Shown piece after piece: positions 8,529 through 18,464 of a DNA stretch of 64,000 nucleotides (position 1 is the stretch's first letter; each line of letters starts with the position of its first letter). The notes beneath the pieces are model-generated. The model had not been told where the DNA came from and ran no database searches. It saw only the letters and a program-made list of their open reading frames with translations. The translations under genes and the position numbers were made by a program. The stretch spans positions 94,930 through 158,929 of the forward strand of contig JAOPTX010000004.1 in assembly GCA_051532055.1 (NCBI GenBank), read 5' to 3'. The stretch is from Fibrobacterales bacterium. GTDB taxonomy: Bacteria > Fibrobacterota > Fibrobacteria > Fibrobacterales > JAOPTW01.

Positions 8529-10364
8529 ATGAGTCATCGATATACATTAGAATCGTGGTTACCTATCACGCAAAAAGAGGTTAAAGCTCGAGATTGGGAG
8601 TCGCTTGACGTTATCTTAATTTCTGGTGATGCGTATGTAGATCACCCCTCGTTTGGTGCGGCGGTAATAGGTCGGCTACTCGAAAGTCAGGGCTATACTG
8701 TAGGGATTATTCCTCAGCCAAACTGGCAGGATGACCTTCGGGATTTTAAAAAAATGGGACGACCCAATCTATTCTTTGGTGTAACAGCAGGTTGCATGGA
8801 CTCAATGGTAAACCATTATACGGCGCATAAACGAAAGCGTTCAAATGATGCTTATACACCAGGTGGGGAAGCGGGTTTTAGACCTGACTATGCGGCTGCG
8901 ACTTATTCACAAATATTAAAAAAACTATATCCGGATGTCCCTGTAATTCTTGGGGGGATAGAGGCGTCTTTAAGGCGAGTTACTCATTATGATTATTGGT
9001 CAGACTCTCTCAAGCCTACTATTTTAAAAGAATCGGGGGCTGATCTTCTCTCTTATGGTATGGGTGAAAATGCAATTTTAGAAATTTCTCGCTTGCTTAA
9101 AAAAGGGGTTCCTTTTGATTCTCTCACTACCATACCGCAAACGGCTGTGCTGGTAGATAAAGATGCGGGGCTACCGAAAAATAAACGATGGGACGATGTT
9201 GAGCTCGCATCACATGCTGAGTGTCTTGAAAATAAAAAAAGTTATGCGGCAAATTTTAAAATTGTTGAGAAAGAATCGAATAAACAGCAAGCGCGTCGCA
9301 TTATACAAGAGGTTGATTCCTCGTTTTTGTTGATTAACCCTCCGTATAAAACTATGAATGAAAAAGAGATTGATCGTTCATTTGATCTTCCATATACTCG
9401 CTTGCCGCATCCAAAATACCGTAAACGAGGTGCAATTCCTGCCTTTGAGATGATCAAGCATTCAATCAATATGCATAGAGGGTGTTTTGGGGGGTGTAGC
9501 TTCTGTACTATTTCTGCCCATCAAGGTAAGATGATTGCAAGTCGATCAGAAAAATCAATTATGAAAGAGGTTGATGCGGTTACAGAAATGGAAGACTTCA
9601 AGGGGTATGTCTCGGATCTTGGTGGTCCCAGTGCTAATATGTATAAGATGAAAGGTATTAAGCAGGATATCTGTGATACCTGTGCAAAGCCTTCGTGTGT
9701 GTTTCCCAAAATATGTAGTAATCTCGATATTGATCATAATCCATTGGTAGATCTTTATGGGAAGGTAAGGGAGCATCCAGATATTAAAAAAGCCTTTGTG
9801 ACAAGTGGAATTCGGTATGACTTGTTTGTTACTGACAATAAAGGGGTTGATGTTCAAAAAGGGTTAAGTAAGTATATGGAGGATGTGATAACGCATCATG
9901 TTTCTGGGAGGCTTAAAGTTGCCCCTGAACACACATCTGATGATGTGTTGACTCTTATGAGAAAACCAAGTTTCGAACTTTTTAAAAAGTTTAGCAAAAA
10001 ATTTGATACTATTTGTGATAAGGCGGGATTGAATCAACAGCTTATCCCTTATTTCATTTCGAGTCACCCTGGATCACAGTTGTTGGATATGGCTGATCTT
10101 GCGCTGAAGACAAAAGAGCTTGGATATAAATTGGAGCAAGTTCAGGACTTTACTCCGACTCCTATGACTGTTGCGACGGTAATTTATTACTCAGGGTATC
10201 ACCCTTATACCTTGGAGCCGGTCTATAGGGCGGTATCGTCGAATGAGAAAAAAGATCAAAAGCGTTTTTTCTTTTGGTATAAGAGAGAAGAGCGTAAGTG
10301 GATTCAGCGGAGTCTTGAAAAATTAGGACAAAAGAAACTATTGAATAAATTACTTTCTCGGTAA
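8529..10364 (+). CDS. ygiQ: YgiQ (UPF0313) family radical SAM protein
   Basis: SGDAYVDHPSFG, DSMVNHYTA, GGIEASLRR, CxxxCxxC motif GCFGGCSFC, QVQDFTPTP. Confidence 0.93.
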   Translation: MSHRYTLESWLPITQKEVKARDWESLDVILISGDAYVDHPSFGAAVIGRLLESQGYTVGIIPQPNWQDDLRDFKKMGRPNLFFGVTAGCMDSMVNHYTAHKRKRSNDAYTPGGEAGFRPDYAAATYSQILKKLYPDVPVILGGIEASLRRVTHYDYWSDSLKPTILKESGADLLSYGMGENAILEISRLLKKGVPFDSLTTIPQTAVLVDKDAGLPKNKRWDDVELASHAECLENKKSYAANFKIVEKESNKQQARRIIQEVDSSFLLINPPYKTMNEKEIDRSFDLPYTRLPHPKYRKRGAIPAFEMIKHSINMHRGCFGGCSFCTISAHQGKMIASRSEKSIMKEVDAVTEMEDFKGYVSDLGGPSANMYKMKGIKQDICDTCAKPSCVFPKICSNLDIDHNPLVDLYGKVREHPDIKKAFVTSGIRYDLFVTDNKGVDVQKGLSKYMEDVITHHVSGRLKVAPEHTSDDVLTLMRKPSFELFKKFSKKFDTICDKAGLNQQLIPYFISSHPGSQLLDMADLALKTKELGYKLEQVQDFTPTPMTVATVIYYSGYHPYTLEPVYRAVSSNEKKDQKRFFFWYKREERKWIQRSLEKLGQKKLLNKLLSR

Positions 10365-10391
10365 TAGATTAGGCCTAGAGGCTTTGCGTAC

Positions 10392-10433
10392 AGATACAGA
10401 TAAAGCAGGGCTCCTCCTGCTTTATCTGTATCT
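10392..10433. terminator. 18-bp perfect hairpin between convergent genes
   Basis: agatacagataaagcagg-gctcct-cctgctttatctgtatct. Confidence 0.7.
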
Positions 10434-10457
10434 ATGCTTATCAACGATTTAGAGGGC

Positions 10458-12104
10458 TTATTCTGTTAGTATGCACCTGACTGACCCTTCGTAGGTTTTG
10501 CCGAGTCCTAGTTGATTTACGCCTGTAGGGTTTCGGTCAATTTTTATTACCATGGCTTTCGTGGGGTCTTTGTTTGTTGCAGTCCACATATAAGCAGTAA
10601 CATTTAATTCTATTGAGCTGCTCGTAGTTTGCGTGCCAGCAGGGAGTGCAGCAAATCCAAATAGATTAGTACCACGTTCATTGCCCCATGTTGTAGAGGT
10701 TGATTTTAGACTTGCTGTGACAATGTTATCACTTGTGGTGTCCCTAAAATAATTAGAAGCATAGTGTTCGAGAGTCTCATATTCTATGGCCGTAGGGAGG
10801 TGCCAGCCTTCAGGGCAGACGCCATTTCTGTTATCTGTTGTGCTATAGTTTTCAGTAAGGTATTGAGAAGTGAGTTCCATCGCTTCAGTCCATGTATAGA
10901 GTCTACCATAGGTGTTGCAGTTTGTTTGGGTTGATCGGTCTGCCGAATCATAGCAGTGCCCTGTGCTAAATGTTTTTTCATGGAGGTCGTTGTGGCCTGA
11001 GTAATTTAAGTTTTCAGCCATCCAGGTTTGAGAGCCGATTTTAATCCACTCATAGGTGGTATTGTCTCGATTGTCGGTAAAGGCTCCGGAAAGTGATGAG
11101 AGGTCACTAAAGCCTGCATTGACAATATCTATATATGAGGCTCCACTTCTCATAATATTATAGGGGAGGGCCTCTGCCTCTAGTAAATAATCGAGAGAAA
11201 TAGTTTCTAAATCGTATGTGATATTCAGGATGCTCCATCCATTGTTTTCTTTAATAAAGTGTATTCCTGTTTCGACATCTAAATATGTGTCGCCTTCTGA
11301 GCCCTCTTCAAAAAGAGGTTGGTCGATGCCTGAGAGAAAGTTTGTACCATTTGTTCCGTTAGTTCCATTTATACCTTTGGTACCTTGTGTACCATTGATT
11401 CCCTGTGTGCCATGGTAAAGAGTGTCACGAGGTCCTTCGCCGCACTCTATAACAAAGCCGAGCTCCAGTCGTTCAACTATGGTGCAGGGTATTCCTTGTG
11501 TACCCATGGTGCCTTCTTGGCCTTGCGCTCCTTGAGTGCCGTGAAAGAGGGTATCTGATGAGCCAGTAGTGCAGCTTATGACTACTCCCTCAGCGAATTC
11601 TTCAGATACGATGCAAGAGTGACCGTCTGCTCCGTTTGCTCCATCTCTACCATGGGTAAGGGTGTCAATTGTTACCCCGCCACAACGTATTATGATGCCA
11701 TTGGTAGTTTCGACACCCGTGCATGCAGTGCCATCTTCGCCATCGATTCCGTTAGAGCCGTCGAGGCCTTGTGGTCCTGTGGAGCCTTGTTCGCCCATAA
11801 TGCCTTCGCTACCTGAAAGGGTAAATGGTGTCCATTTATTTACAAGGCAGCCCTGAAGAGTTTCAGTTTCAAAAATATAATAGACTGCACCTTCAAAAGT
11901 ACTGTCGCAAAGCGGAAGTTCCTGTGGGGTTTGTATAACTTTGGCGACAAGTGGTATGGTCGGAGGGGGAGGGGTTTGCTGGAGGTTTGCTGGGTTTTCA
12001 CTTGCTGGTGTTTGAGATGAGTTGTTGGACTCAAGAGGGTTGCAGGCTGAAATGGTAAAAGTAATCACAAGGGCGGTGAGCAAATAGACTTTTTTGTGGG
12101 TCAT
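10458..12104 (-). CDS. Lipoprotein with collagen-like repeats and C-terminal Fibrobacter succinogenes major paralogous (Fib_succ_major) domain
   Basis: Start MTHKK (GGAG RBS); lipobox ISAC; Gxx triplets; DNRDNTTY..IKIGSQTWMAENLNY, YGRLYTW, GVCPEGWHLPT. Confidence 0.88.
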   Translation of the reverse strand: MTHKKVYLLTALVITFTISACNPLESNNSSQTPASENPANLQQTPPPPTIPLVAKVIQTPQELPLCDSTFEGAVYYIFETETLQGCLVNKWTPFTLSGSEGIMGEQGSTGPQGLDGSNGIDGEDGTACTGVETTNGIIIRCGGVTIDTLTHGRDGANGADGHSCIVSEEFAEGVVISCTTGSSDTLFHGTQGAQGQEGTMGTQGIPCTIVERLELGFVIECGEGPRDTLYHGTQGINGTQGTKGINGTNGTNGTNFLSGIDQPLFEEGSEGDTYLDVETGIHFIKENNGWSILNITYDLETISLDYLLEAEALPYNIMRSGASYIDIVNAGFSDLSSLSGAFTDNRDNTTYEWIKIGSQTWMAENLNYSGHNDLHEKTFSTGHCYDSADRSTQTNCNTYGRLYTWTEAMELTSQYLTENYSTTDNRNGVCPEGWHLPTAIEYETLEHYASNYFRDTTSDNIVTASLKSTSTTWGNERGTNLFGFAALPAGTQTTSSSIELNVTAYMWTATNKDPTKAMVIKIDRNPTGVNQLGLGKTYEGSVRCILTE

Positions 12105-12662
12105 ACTGTATCTCCGTGGTTTAGGATCAAATGAAAAGTACTTATGTAAAAAAAGAATAAACATTTCTCGCAGAATATGGAAGTTAAAATCTTGAAAAAT
12201 ATCAAAAAAAATAAAATACCACCATTTTGACCCTGATAATGAACTTATTGTAAATAAATAAGGCTTATTGTTTACGGTTAGTTCATTATTTGGGGTGTTT
12301 GTCTTTACGTTATTGCGTAGGGGCTTGGGCGTTGCAAGCTTGCCATTGATTGTAGTATGAGAAAAACAAATAATGTATCAAGTATTTATTTGATAACTCA
12401 TAAAGTGGATAGCACTAACTAATATGTTCAATATTTCATTTGGTAAGTAGTTTTAGTGAAAAATCGTATCAATCAATTTTTAGATTAGTAAAAAAGCAGT
12501 GAATTTATTTTAAAGTCAGATATGGAAAAACGTTTTTACAATAAAAAGCTTATATTTGATTGGTGTTATTGACAACTGTTTATGGCAATTATTGAGTTCG
12601 TAGTTTAGATGGGGCTTTAACAAGCTACGAAAAGTCTTTCTAACAAGATGTTTTAGGGTATA

Positions 12663-13472
12663 ATGCACACAGAACCAACAGAAAAATTAAAGAAACAAAA
12701 CTCTCCTTCTAATGAAGTTGAATGTGCGGTTGCATGTTTTGAACCGATTTCGCTTTCAGATATGGATAGAGTGTCTCTTTTGAAAAGAACTGATTCAAAA
12801 TTTATCTTACATATTTCTGATCTTTGTGAAGTACTTGCGCTGGTAGAATCATATTATCAGGTTCTTGAAATCGATTCTAATAGAATTATGACCTACGACT
12901 CGCTTTATTTTGATACTGTAGATCATCTCTTTTACAATGAACATCACAATGGGAAAGTAAAACGAGTCAAGATAAGAATGCGTGAGTATGTAGAATCGAA
13001 TCGGTGCTATCTTGAAATTAAAGAAAAAGATCATCAAGGAAATACTCACAAGACTCGGACTAAAATTTCAACAATTGAAAAATCTCTTTCTGATGAGTCG
13101 ACTCAGTTTATCAATAAAGTACTGAAGCGGGATTATGCTCTAATCCCATCACTTCGAACAGGCTTTAAAAGGTTTACGCTCGTTAACAAATGTGATCAAG
13201 AACGGGTGACAATAGATTTACAATTAAAGTATAGTGCAGGGTCAAATGCCATCGATATTGAATCTGAGCCTTATAAGGGTTTGGTGATTGTAGAGGTGAA
13301 ACAAGAGCGGTTTGACCGAGAGTCCCCAATTGTTAAAGCGTTGAGGACCAAGCGTATTCATAAATACAGTCTAAGTAAGTACTGTATAGGTATGATTGTA
13401 CACTATAAAAATCTCAAATACAATAGCTTCAAAGAGAAGGTATTGAAAATCAAAAAAGTAGGAGTTGCGTAG
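12663..13472 (+). CDS. VTC-domain (polyphosphate polymerase-like, CYTH/TTM fold) protein
   Basis: LLKRTDSKF, YDSLYFDT, RVKIRMREY, YLEIKEK, ERVTID, IVEVK, SKYCIG motifs. Confidence 0.88.
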   Translation: MHTEPTEKLKKQNSPSNEVECAVACFEPISLSDMDRVSLLKRTDSKFILHISDLCEVLALVESYYQVLEIDSNRIMTYDSLYFDTVDHLFYNEHHNGKVKRVKIRMREYVESNRCYLEIKEKDHQGNTHKTRTKISTIEKSLSDESTQFINKVLKRDYALIPSLRTGFKRFTLVNKCDQERVTIDLQLKYSAGSNAIDIESEPYKGLVIVEVKQERFDRESPIVKALRTKRIHKYSLSKYCIGMIVHYKNLKYNSFKEKVLKIKKVGVA

Positions 13473-14099
13473 ATGGAATTTTTAGATATTCCTTTTTTGG
13501 ATGATGATGTATACAAAATGATGTTTCGTTTTGTTATTAATATGTTTTTTCTTACCATAGTAATATGGAAGCAGTATTATCAACATAGCAAACGAAGAGA
13601 TTACCTATTCACTTATTATATGATAAGTATAATAGTGTTCTTTCTTTGTTTTACTCTGAAGAAGTATGAATTAGATATAGGGATGGCGCTTGGCCTCTTT
13701 GCAATATTTGGTATTATACGGTATCGTACAGATCCAATAGATATTAAAGAAATGACCTATCTATTTGTTGTTATTGGTGTTTCGGTAATGAACTCATTAG
13801 CAAATAAAAAAATGAGTTATGCTGAAATTTTCCTCAGTAATACGATGATTGTTGTCGCTATTTCGTTTCTTGAAAACCTTAAAATGGTTAAGGTTGACCT
13901 TCATAAAGAGGTTGTGTATGAGAAAATTGAAAACATAAAGCCAGAGAATTATGCGGCTCTCAAAGCAGATCTTCAAGAGCGTCTTGGAGTTACGATTAAT
14001 AGAGTGACTGTTACCGATGTTAACTTTATGAGAGATACTGCACGTCTCATGGTCTACTTTGATGAGGACCAATCTGTAGATTTTAAAGAGCAAGGATAG
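13473..14099 (+). CDS. DUF4956 family membrane protein
   Basis: Several TM helices, GMALGLFAIFGIIRYRT, KEMTYLF; starts immediately after the VTC stop. Confidence 0.88.
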   Translation: MEFLDIPFLDDDVYKMMFRFVINMFFLTIVIWKQYYQHSKRRDYLFTYYMISIIVFFLCFTLKKYELDIGMALGLFAIFGIIRYRTDPIDIKEMTYLFVVIGVSVMNSLANKKMSYAEIFLSNTMIVVAISFLENLKMVKVDLHKEVVYEKIENIKPENYAALKADLQERLGVTINRVTVTDVNFMRDTARLMVYFDEDQSVDFKEQG

Positions 14100-14101
14100 T
14101 A

Positions 14102-14827
14102 TTGTCAGTGGTGGGCTCGTTTAATTTTAGTACAGGTATTGTTGTTGTTTTACTGAGCCTCAGTATGTTGTGGGCTGATAGTGACGTGGTGTCTGCAATT
14201 TCGATAGGTGCTAAAGGTGGGGTGACTAAAAAGAGTGACCTCACTGCGAGTATTGATATTCGTTTTAAAGATAATTCTCAGTCCCTCGATCAGTTTTTTT
14301 GTGAAGCTGGAGCGGGATATGACTTGTTTAATTGGCTTACTTTCGGGATGTCTGGCCGCTTTATATTTGAAAATGATAATTCAGGCGTGAAGCAGGGCTA
14401 TGAATCAATCCTTAAATATTCAATGATTGTTGGCGCAAAGTATGGCTCTAAAAGAGTCAAGTTGAAGCATCGATTGAAAATTCAAAATAAAATTAATCTT
14501 ACACATAGTGATGAAGAGTATTATCAATTCCTTCGATTAAAGAATAGTATCAGCTATAGTTTTAAAAAAATTGCTATTAAACCAAGTGTCGGTTTTGAAT
14601 TATTCTACCCATATTATATGGGGGCAACTATTGATGAGTATCGGCTTTCAGCAAGTATTGAATATCGTGTGAAAAAGGTTGGAGATATAGAGCTTGGCTA
14701 TCAATTTCAACAAGAAATCCAGCAATCAAAACCTGACAGAGGCCACATGATATCTCTGAGCTTTATTTATTCTTTTCGGTTGTATCGGAAAAAAAATGAG
14801 AAGGATATTAGTGTGTATGCTCAATAA
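14102..14827 (+). CDS. DUF2490-like outer-membrane beta-barrel protein
   Basis: Signal-peptide-like N-terminus, alternating amphipathic strands, RLKNSISY, ELFY, YRLSASIEY, IELGYQFQ. Confidence 0.7.
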   Translation: MSVVGSFNFSTGIVVVLLSLSMLWADSDVVSAISIGAKGGVTKKSDLTASIDIRFKDNSQSLDQFFCEAGAGYDLFNWLTFGMSGRFIFENDNSGVKQGYESILKYSMIVGAKYGSKRVKLKHRLKIQNKINLTHSDEEYYQFLRLKNSISYSFKKIAIKPSVGFELFYPYYMGATIDEYRLSASIEYRVKKVGDIELGYQFQQEIQQSKPDRGHMISLSFIYSFRLYRKKNEKDISVYAQ

Positions 14828-16181
14828 AATACGGTCTTTAAGTTTGGGTTTATTTATCGTTTTCTTTGGGTGTGATATAGTGCCTGCACCTGCTCCAGAA
14901 AAAGAAATTACAGACCCGTCGCAGTTACAAGATTATCTTTTTAGTCAAGAGGAAATTCGTACCTTTAACTTGTTTATCGATACTCTTGCGTTGAATGCAC
15001 TTGATGCGAGTATTGATAGTGAAGAGTATGTTGTAGGAGCACTTGAGTTTGAGGGGGTTCGGTATGAGCCTGTTGGTGTTCGGTATAACGGAGGCGCGTG
15101 TAAAAATGAAGATCTGTATGAACGATGTGGAAAATACTCCTTAAAAGTTAAAATTAATTGGGATGGTTCGCGATACAGTCGACTACGAGGCGTTAAAAAG
15201 CTTAGGTTTCATTCGATGAACAAAGATGAAACCCAGCTTCACGAGCGATTGGGGTACTACTTTTTTAGAGAGATGGGGGTTCCAGCGCCACGCTCCACCC
15301 ATGCTAAAATTGTGCTCAATGGTGAATATGTAGGATTATTTGCCCTTACAGAGCAGATAGATGATACCTTCTTAGAACATCGTTTTGCTCGAGATGATGG
15401 TAATCTCTATAGTGAAATTTGGCCATTAACCTATGATACCATGGCTCAAAATGCAGTGGAATTTTTGGATTATACGGTGATTAAAGAAGATGGGATCGGT
15501 AATGCAGGAGCATATGCTATTGAAACCTTTGCGAAGGCCTTTGTAGATGAAAATGATTTAGGGGAGTTGAAAGATCGAACGAGTGAAATGTTTGATATGG
15601 AGGCTATTTCTGCTTATTTGGTGGTGAGTCGTACTATTAAAGCCGATGCGGGGGCCCTCTTTTGGGAGTATAAGCCCGATTATGATGTGAGCGGTGTTAT
15701 GTTGTCTGATCCAGTAAAAAATAGTGATTATTTTTGGTATCAGGAGGCGGTTAATAGACCGATGACACTGATTCCTTGGGCGGTGGATAAGGCTTTTACA
15801 AATTTAAATTATCAAAATATTGATGGTGACAATTACATCTTTACCGATTTATTTGATTCGAACTATGATTGTAGTGAAGAAAAATATAGTTCCCGGTCTT
15901 TAGAACATCGTCCTGCACAGTGCGATAAGCTTATTGGGAGTTGGTTGCTCTTTGATGACCTTTATAAGAGTACTTTTCAACACATTCTTGATGGTCCACT
16001 TAGGGAGGCGGATAGCCTCATTGATTTTTGGGTAGATCAGATGAAAGAGCCAACTGAAGCGGCTGATTCTTTAGGGAATCTCGATAGATTGAAAACGGAG
16101 AAGTGGCTTGAAGCAGTGGATCAGCTCAAAGACGACCTAGAAAATGCGCGAGCGTATGCTTTAGAGCGCGCTAAAAAATAA
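14796..16181 (+). CDS. CotH-family kinase-like lipoprotein with degenerate catalytic motifs
   Basis: Lipobox FFGC; VGVRY.G, KYSLKVK, HERLGYYFFREMGVPAPRS, NGEYVGLFALTEQIDDTFL, LIPWAVDKAF. Confidence 0.85.
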   Translation: MRRILVCMLNKIRSLSLGLFIVFFGCDIVPAPAPEKEITDPSQLQDYLFSQEEIRTFNLFIDTLALNALDASIDSEEYVVGALEFEGVRYEPVGVRYNGGACKNEDLYERCGKYSLKVKINWDGSRYSRLRGVKKLRFHSMNKDETQLHERLGYYFFREMGVPAPRSTHAKIVLNGEYVGLFALTEQIDDTFLEHRFARDDGNLYSEIWPLTYDTMAQNAVEFLDYTVIKEDGIGNAGAYAIETFAKAFVDENDLGELKDRTSEMFDMEAISAYLVVSRTIKADAGALFWEYKPDYDVSGVMLSDPVKNSDYFWYQEAVNRPMTLIPWAVDKAFTNLNYQNIDGDNYIFTDLFDSNYDCSEEKYSSRSLEHRPAQCDKLIGSWLLFDDLYKSTFQHILDGPLREADSLIDFWVDQMKEPTEAADSLGNLDRLKTEKWLEAVDQLKDDLENARAYALERAKK

Positions 16182-16186
16182 TATTT

Positions 16187-16978
16187 CTATTCATAACTTA
16201 AAGAATCAAGGCTTTTGTAGTACTCTGTAAAACGGAGAAACGAGTTAAGTGTTTTTCTTGTTGAGCGAAGGCCTCGATGTTTGAAGTTTTCTCTATCCCA
16301 CTCTTTTTGAGGGCAGGCTATCGATTGAAGGTTGTTGTCGAAGCAAAGGTACCATCGGTTGTTGTGGTGTTTAATTGCCCCTTTTTTTAGGCGAGGGTTG
16401 TTTTTATGCCACCACTGGAGTGACTTGCGGGATGCATCAGTTTTTTCTGTAGGAAGAGAGAGAGAATTGTGGAGCATGAAGCTTGTCTCTAAATAGAGTT
16501 CGGGTGTTTCGAGCCTCTCGTCATGGAGGCAGGTTCCATATTTTTCAAAATTATGCTGTAGTGTCTTTAGGCTTGGTGTCATGCAAAGATACCCATTAAG
16601 AATACTTTGCGCGATTTTGGGTTGATCTCCCTCACAATAGCTAGGTTCGAAGTTGCCTTGTTGTGGTCCTCGGGGAATAAATCCATCAAGAATATAGCCA
16701 AATGATTGGCCCCTACCACATTGAAGGAAGTCAGGTTGACCGGGACGTTTTTTAATTCCTGGAGCTTTACAGTTGTTTGGTGACCAAGAGTATTGGAGTA
16801 CGTAGTATTCTGAGGGGTGTTTTTCTGGTGTAGTTTTAGATACTTCTTTGTTGTATCTGAAGTAATAATCCCGTCTACTACTACAGTTTTCACGAGAAAA
16901 GGAGCTGTGTAAGCCTGCAATGATGATTATGAGCGTAGTCCATTGTATCATGTGTTGCCAGTGTATGGGTGTATGCAT
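16187..16978 (-). CDS. Secreted ribonuclease T2-like protein, catalytic His residues substituted
   Basis: YYVLQYSWSPNNC; CAS I-like ILDGFIP; CAS II-like QHNFEKYGTC; LCFD near C-terminus. Confidence 0.7.
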   Translation of the reverse strand: MHTPIHWQHMIQWTTLIIIIAGLHSSFSRENCSSRRDYYFRYNKEVSKTTPEKHPSEYYVLQYSWSPNNCKAPGIKKRPGQPDFLQCGRGQSFGYILDGFIPRGPQQGNFEPSYCEGDQPKIAQSILNGYLCMTPSLKTLQHNFEKYGTCLHDERLETPELYLETSFMLHNSLSLPTEKTDASRKSLQWWHKNNPRLKKGAIKHHNNRWYLCFDNNLQSIACPQKEWDRENFKHRGLRSTRKTLNSFLRFTEYYKSLDSLSYE

Positions 16979-17051
16979 GTAATGGTACTATTAATTTTTC
17001 TAGAAAAGTTGAAAAAAGTGACCGAGGTTAGTCAACAAACACAAACAGCTG

Positions 17052-18464
17052 TTAATTATCTGTTGAAAGGGCTTCGAATTCCTGGATAAGAAATTGAATG
17101 TCAGGTGTGATAGTGGAGGGGTCTTGTTTATCAAGTGCACGCTTAATAAGTATTTGGTACTCTGAATACTTTTGCTGAAAGAGTTTGGTGCGGTAAGGAA
17201 GAATATTAAGGGAGTTGATTGCTTGAGTGAGAGCAAGTGAAAGTGGAGCTGTTTGATTTTCAATTATAGCGTAAAAGCTTTTTTCGTATAGATCAATAAG
17301 TGCCATTTTTACACTGGCGTCTCTATCATTCATCAAATAGGCTTTTTCACATATTGATACAGCTTGATCAATAGAGTCACTTGCTAAATAGCTTTGTGCA
17401 AGATTGACCATAATGAGGCTTTTTTGAGGGATATTTGAGTGCAGTAGAAGTTGTTTGTGTAATGATAGTATTTCTTGCTGATTAAGATTTTTAGTAGTGT
17501 CATTCAAAGTCACTTTGCCTTTGAGTGCTCCGATGAGACCTGCTAGAGCCCCAGTATTATAAGGAGAAATAGTGAGTACTTCTCTAAAGTAGCGTTCGGA
17601 TGTAGAAAAATCTGAACGGGAAAGATGGACAAGACCAAGGTTAATTCCAGTGGAAAGTCGCTTTTTATTGAGTCTCCATGCCTTTGCTTGATAATAGATG
17701 CCTTTGTCGATTTGTGTATGATGGTTTGTTAGAAGCCAGCCTAAGCCTGATAATGATATAACATGATTGGGAGAACGGTTAAGGCTGCGTTTAAAGGCTT
17801 TAATAGACTCAGGGTAATTTTTTAGGTGATAATAGCAAAGCCCAAGGAGTGCATTGATATCTGGATCGTCCCTATCGTGTTGAAGGTGCGCCTTTAATGT
17901 GCGGACGGCATCGGGATAGCGCTCAAACCAAATGAGAATTTTTGCGCATTCAGTAATAAGGTCAATGTGTTTTTTATTGAATACAATCGCTTTTCTAATA
18001 TAGATAATTGTTGAATCAATGGATGCGGTATGTGCATGCAAGAATGATTGTAATAGTGCCGCCGTTCTATTGATCGGGTCTTTTGTATTGATTTTAGAAA
18101 GAAGAACTTGAGATTTTTTGAGGGAGTGTATTGGTGTAGCGCCAAGTGGGCCGGCTAGAAGTTTATTAACAATAAGTAATGACTCTCCATAATCTATCGG
18201 GTCTTTAAAGTGTTTTTCTCTAAGGATAGGAATCGTGGGTTTATTTAGTTGGGGAGGGTAGGCATAGAGGGGGATAGAGAGGTTTGAATGAGCATTTGGT
18301 AATTGGTAATAGGGGATTGAGTCGGGGTGTGCAAAAAGTGTTGATGTTAATAGGATCAACACAATAAGTATTGTTGGTGAGGAGCTCGTGGGATAATTTG
18401 GGGGGTAATATGTGGTCAAGCGAATAATTCTGCGTATGGGGTGGAGATGGTTAAAAGTATACAA
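17052..18464 (-). CDS. Tetratricopeptide repeat protein, probably exported (start uncertain)
   Basis: Hydrophobic segment then TPR-like helices (ALLGLCYYHLKNYPESIKAFKRSL, INLGLVHL, VNLAQSYL). Confidence 0.75.
   Translation of the reverse strand: MYTFNHLHPIRRIIRLTTYYPPNYPTSSSPTILIVLILLTSTLFAHPDSIPYYQLPNAHSNLSIPLYAYPPQLNKPTIPILREKHFKDPIDYGESLLIVNKLLAGPLGATPIHSLKKSQVLLSKINTKDPINRTAALLQSFLHAHTASIDSTIIYIRKAIVFNKKHIDLITECAKILIWFERYPDAVRTLKAHLQHDRDDPDINALLGLCYYHLKNYPESIKAFKRSLNRSPNHVISLSGLGWLLTNHHTQIDKGIYYQAKAWRLNKKRLSTGINLGLVHLSRSDFSTSERYFREVLTISPYNTGALAGLIGALKGKVTLNDTTKNLNQQEILSLHKQLLLHSNIPQKSLIMVNLAQSYLASDSIDQAVSICEKAYLMNDRDASVKMALIDLYEKSFYAIIENQTAPLSLALTQAINSLNILPYRTKLFQQKYSEYQILIKRALDKQDPSTITPDIQFLIQEFEALSTDN

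Noticed and set aside
12165..12662. PHO box or riboswitch upstream of the VTC operon
   Set aside because: No convincing 11-bp-period PHO repeat or recognisable aptamer; only a weak hairpin near 12597-12631
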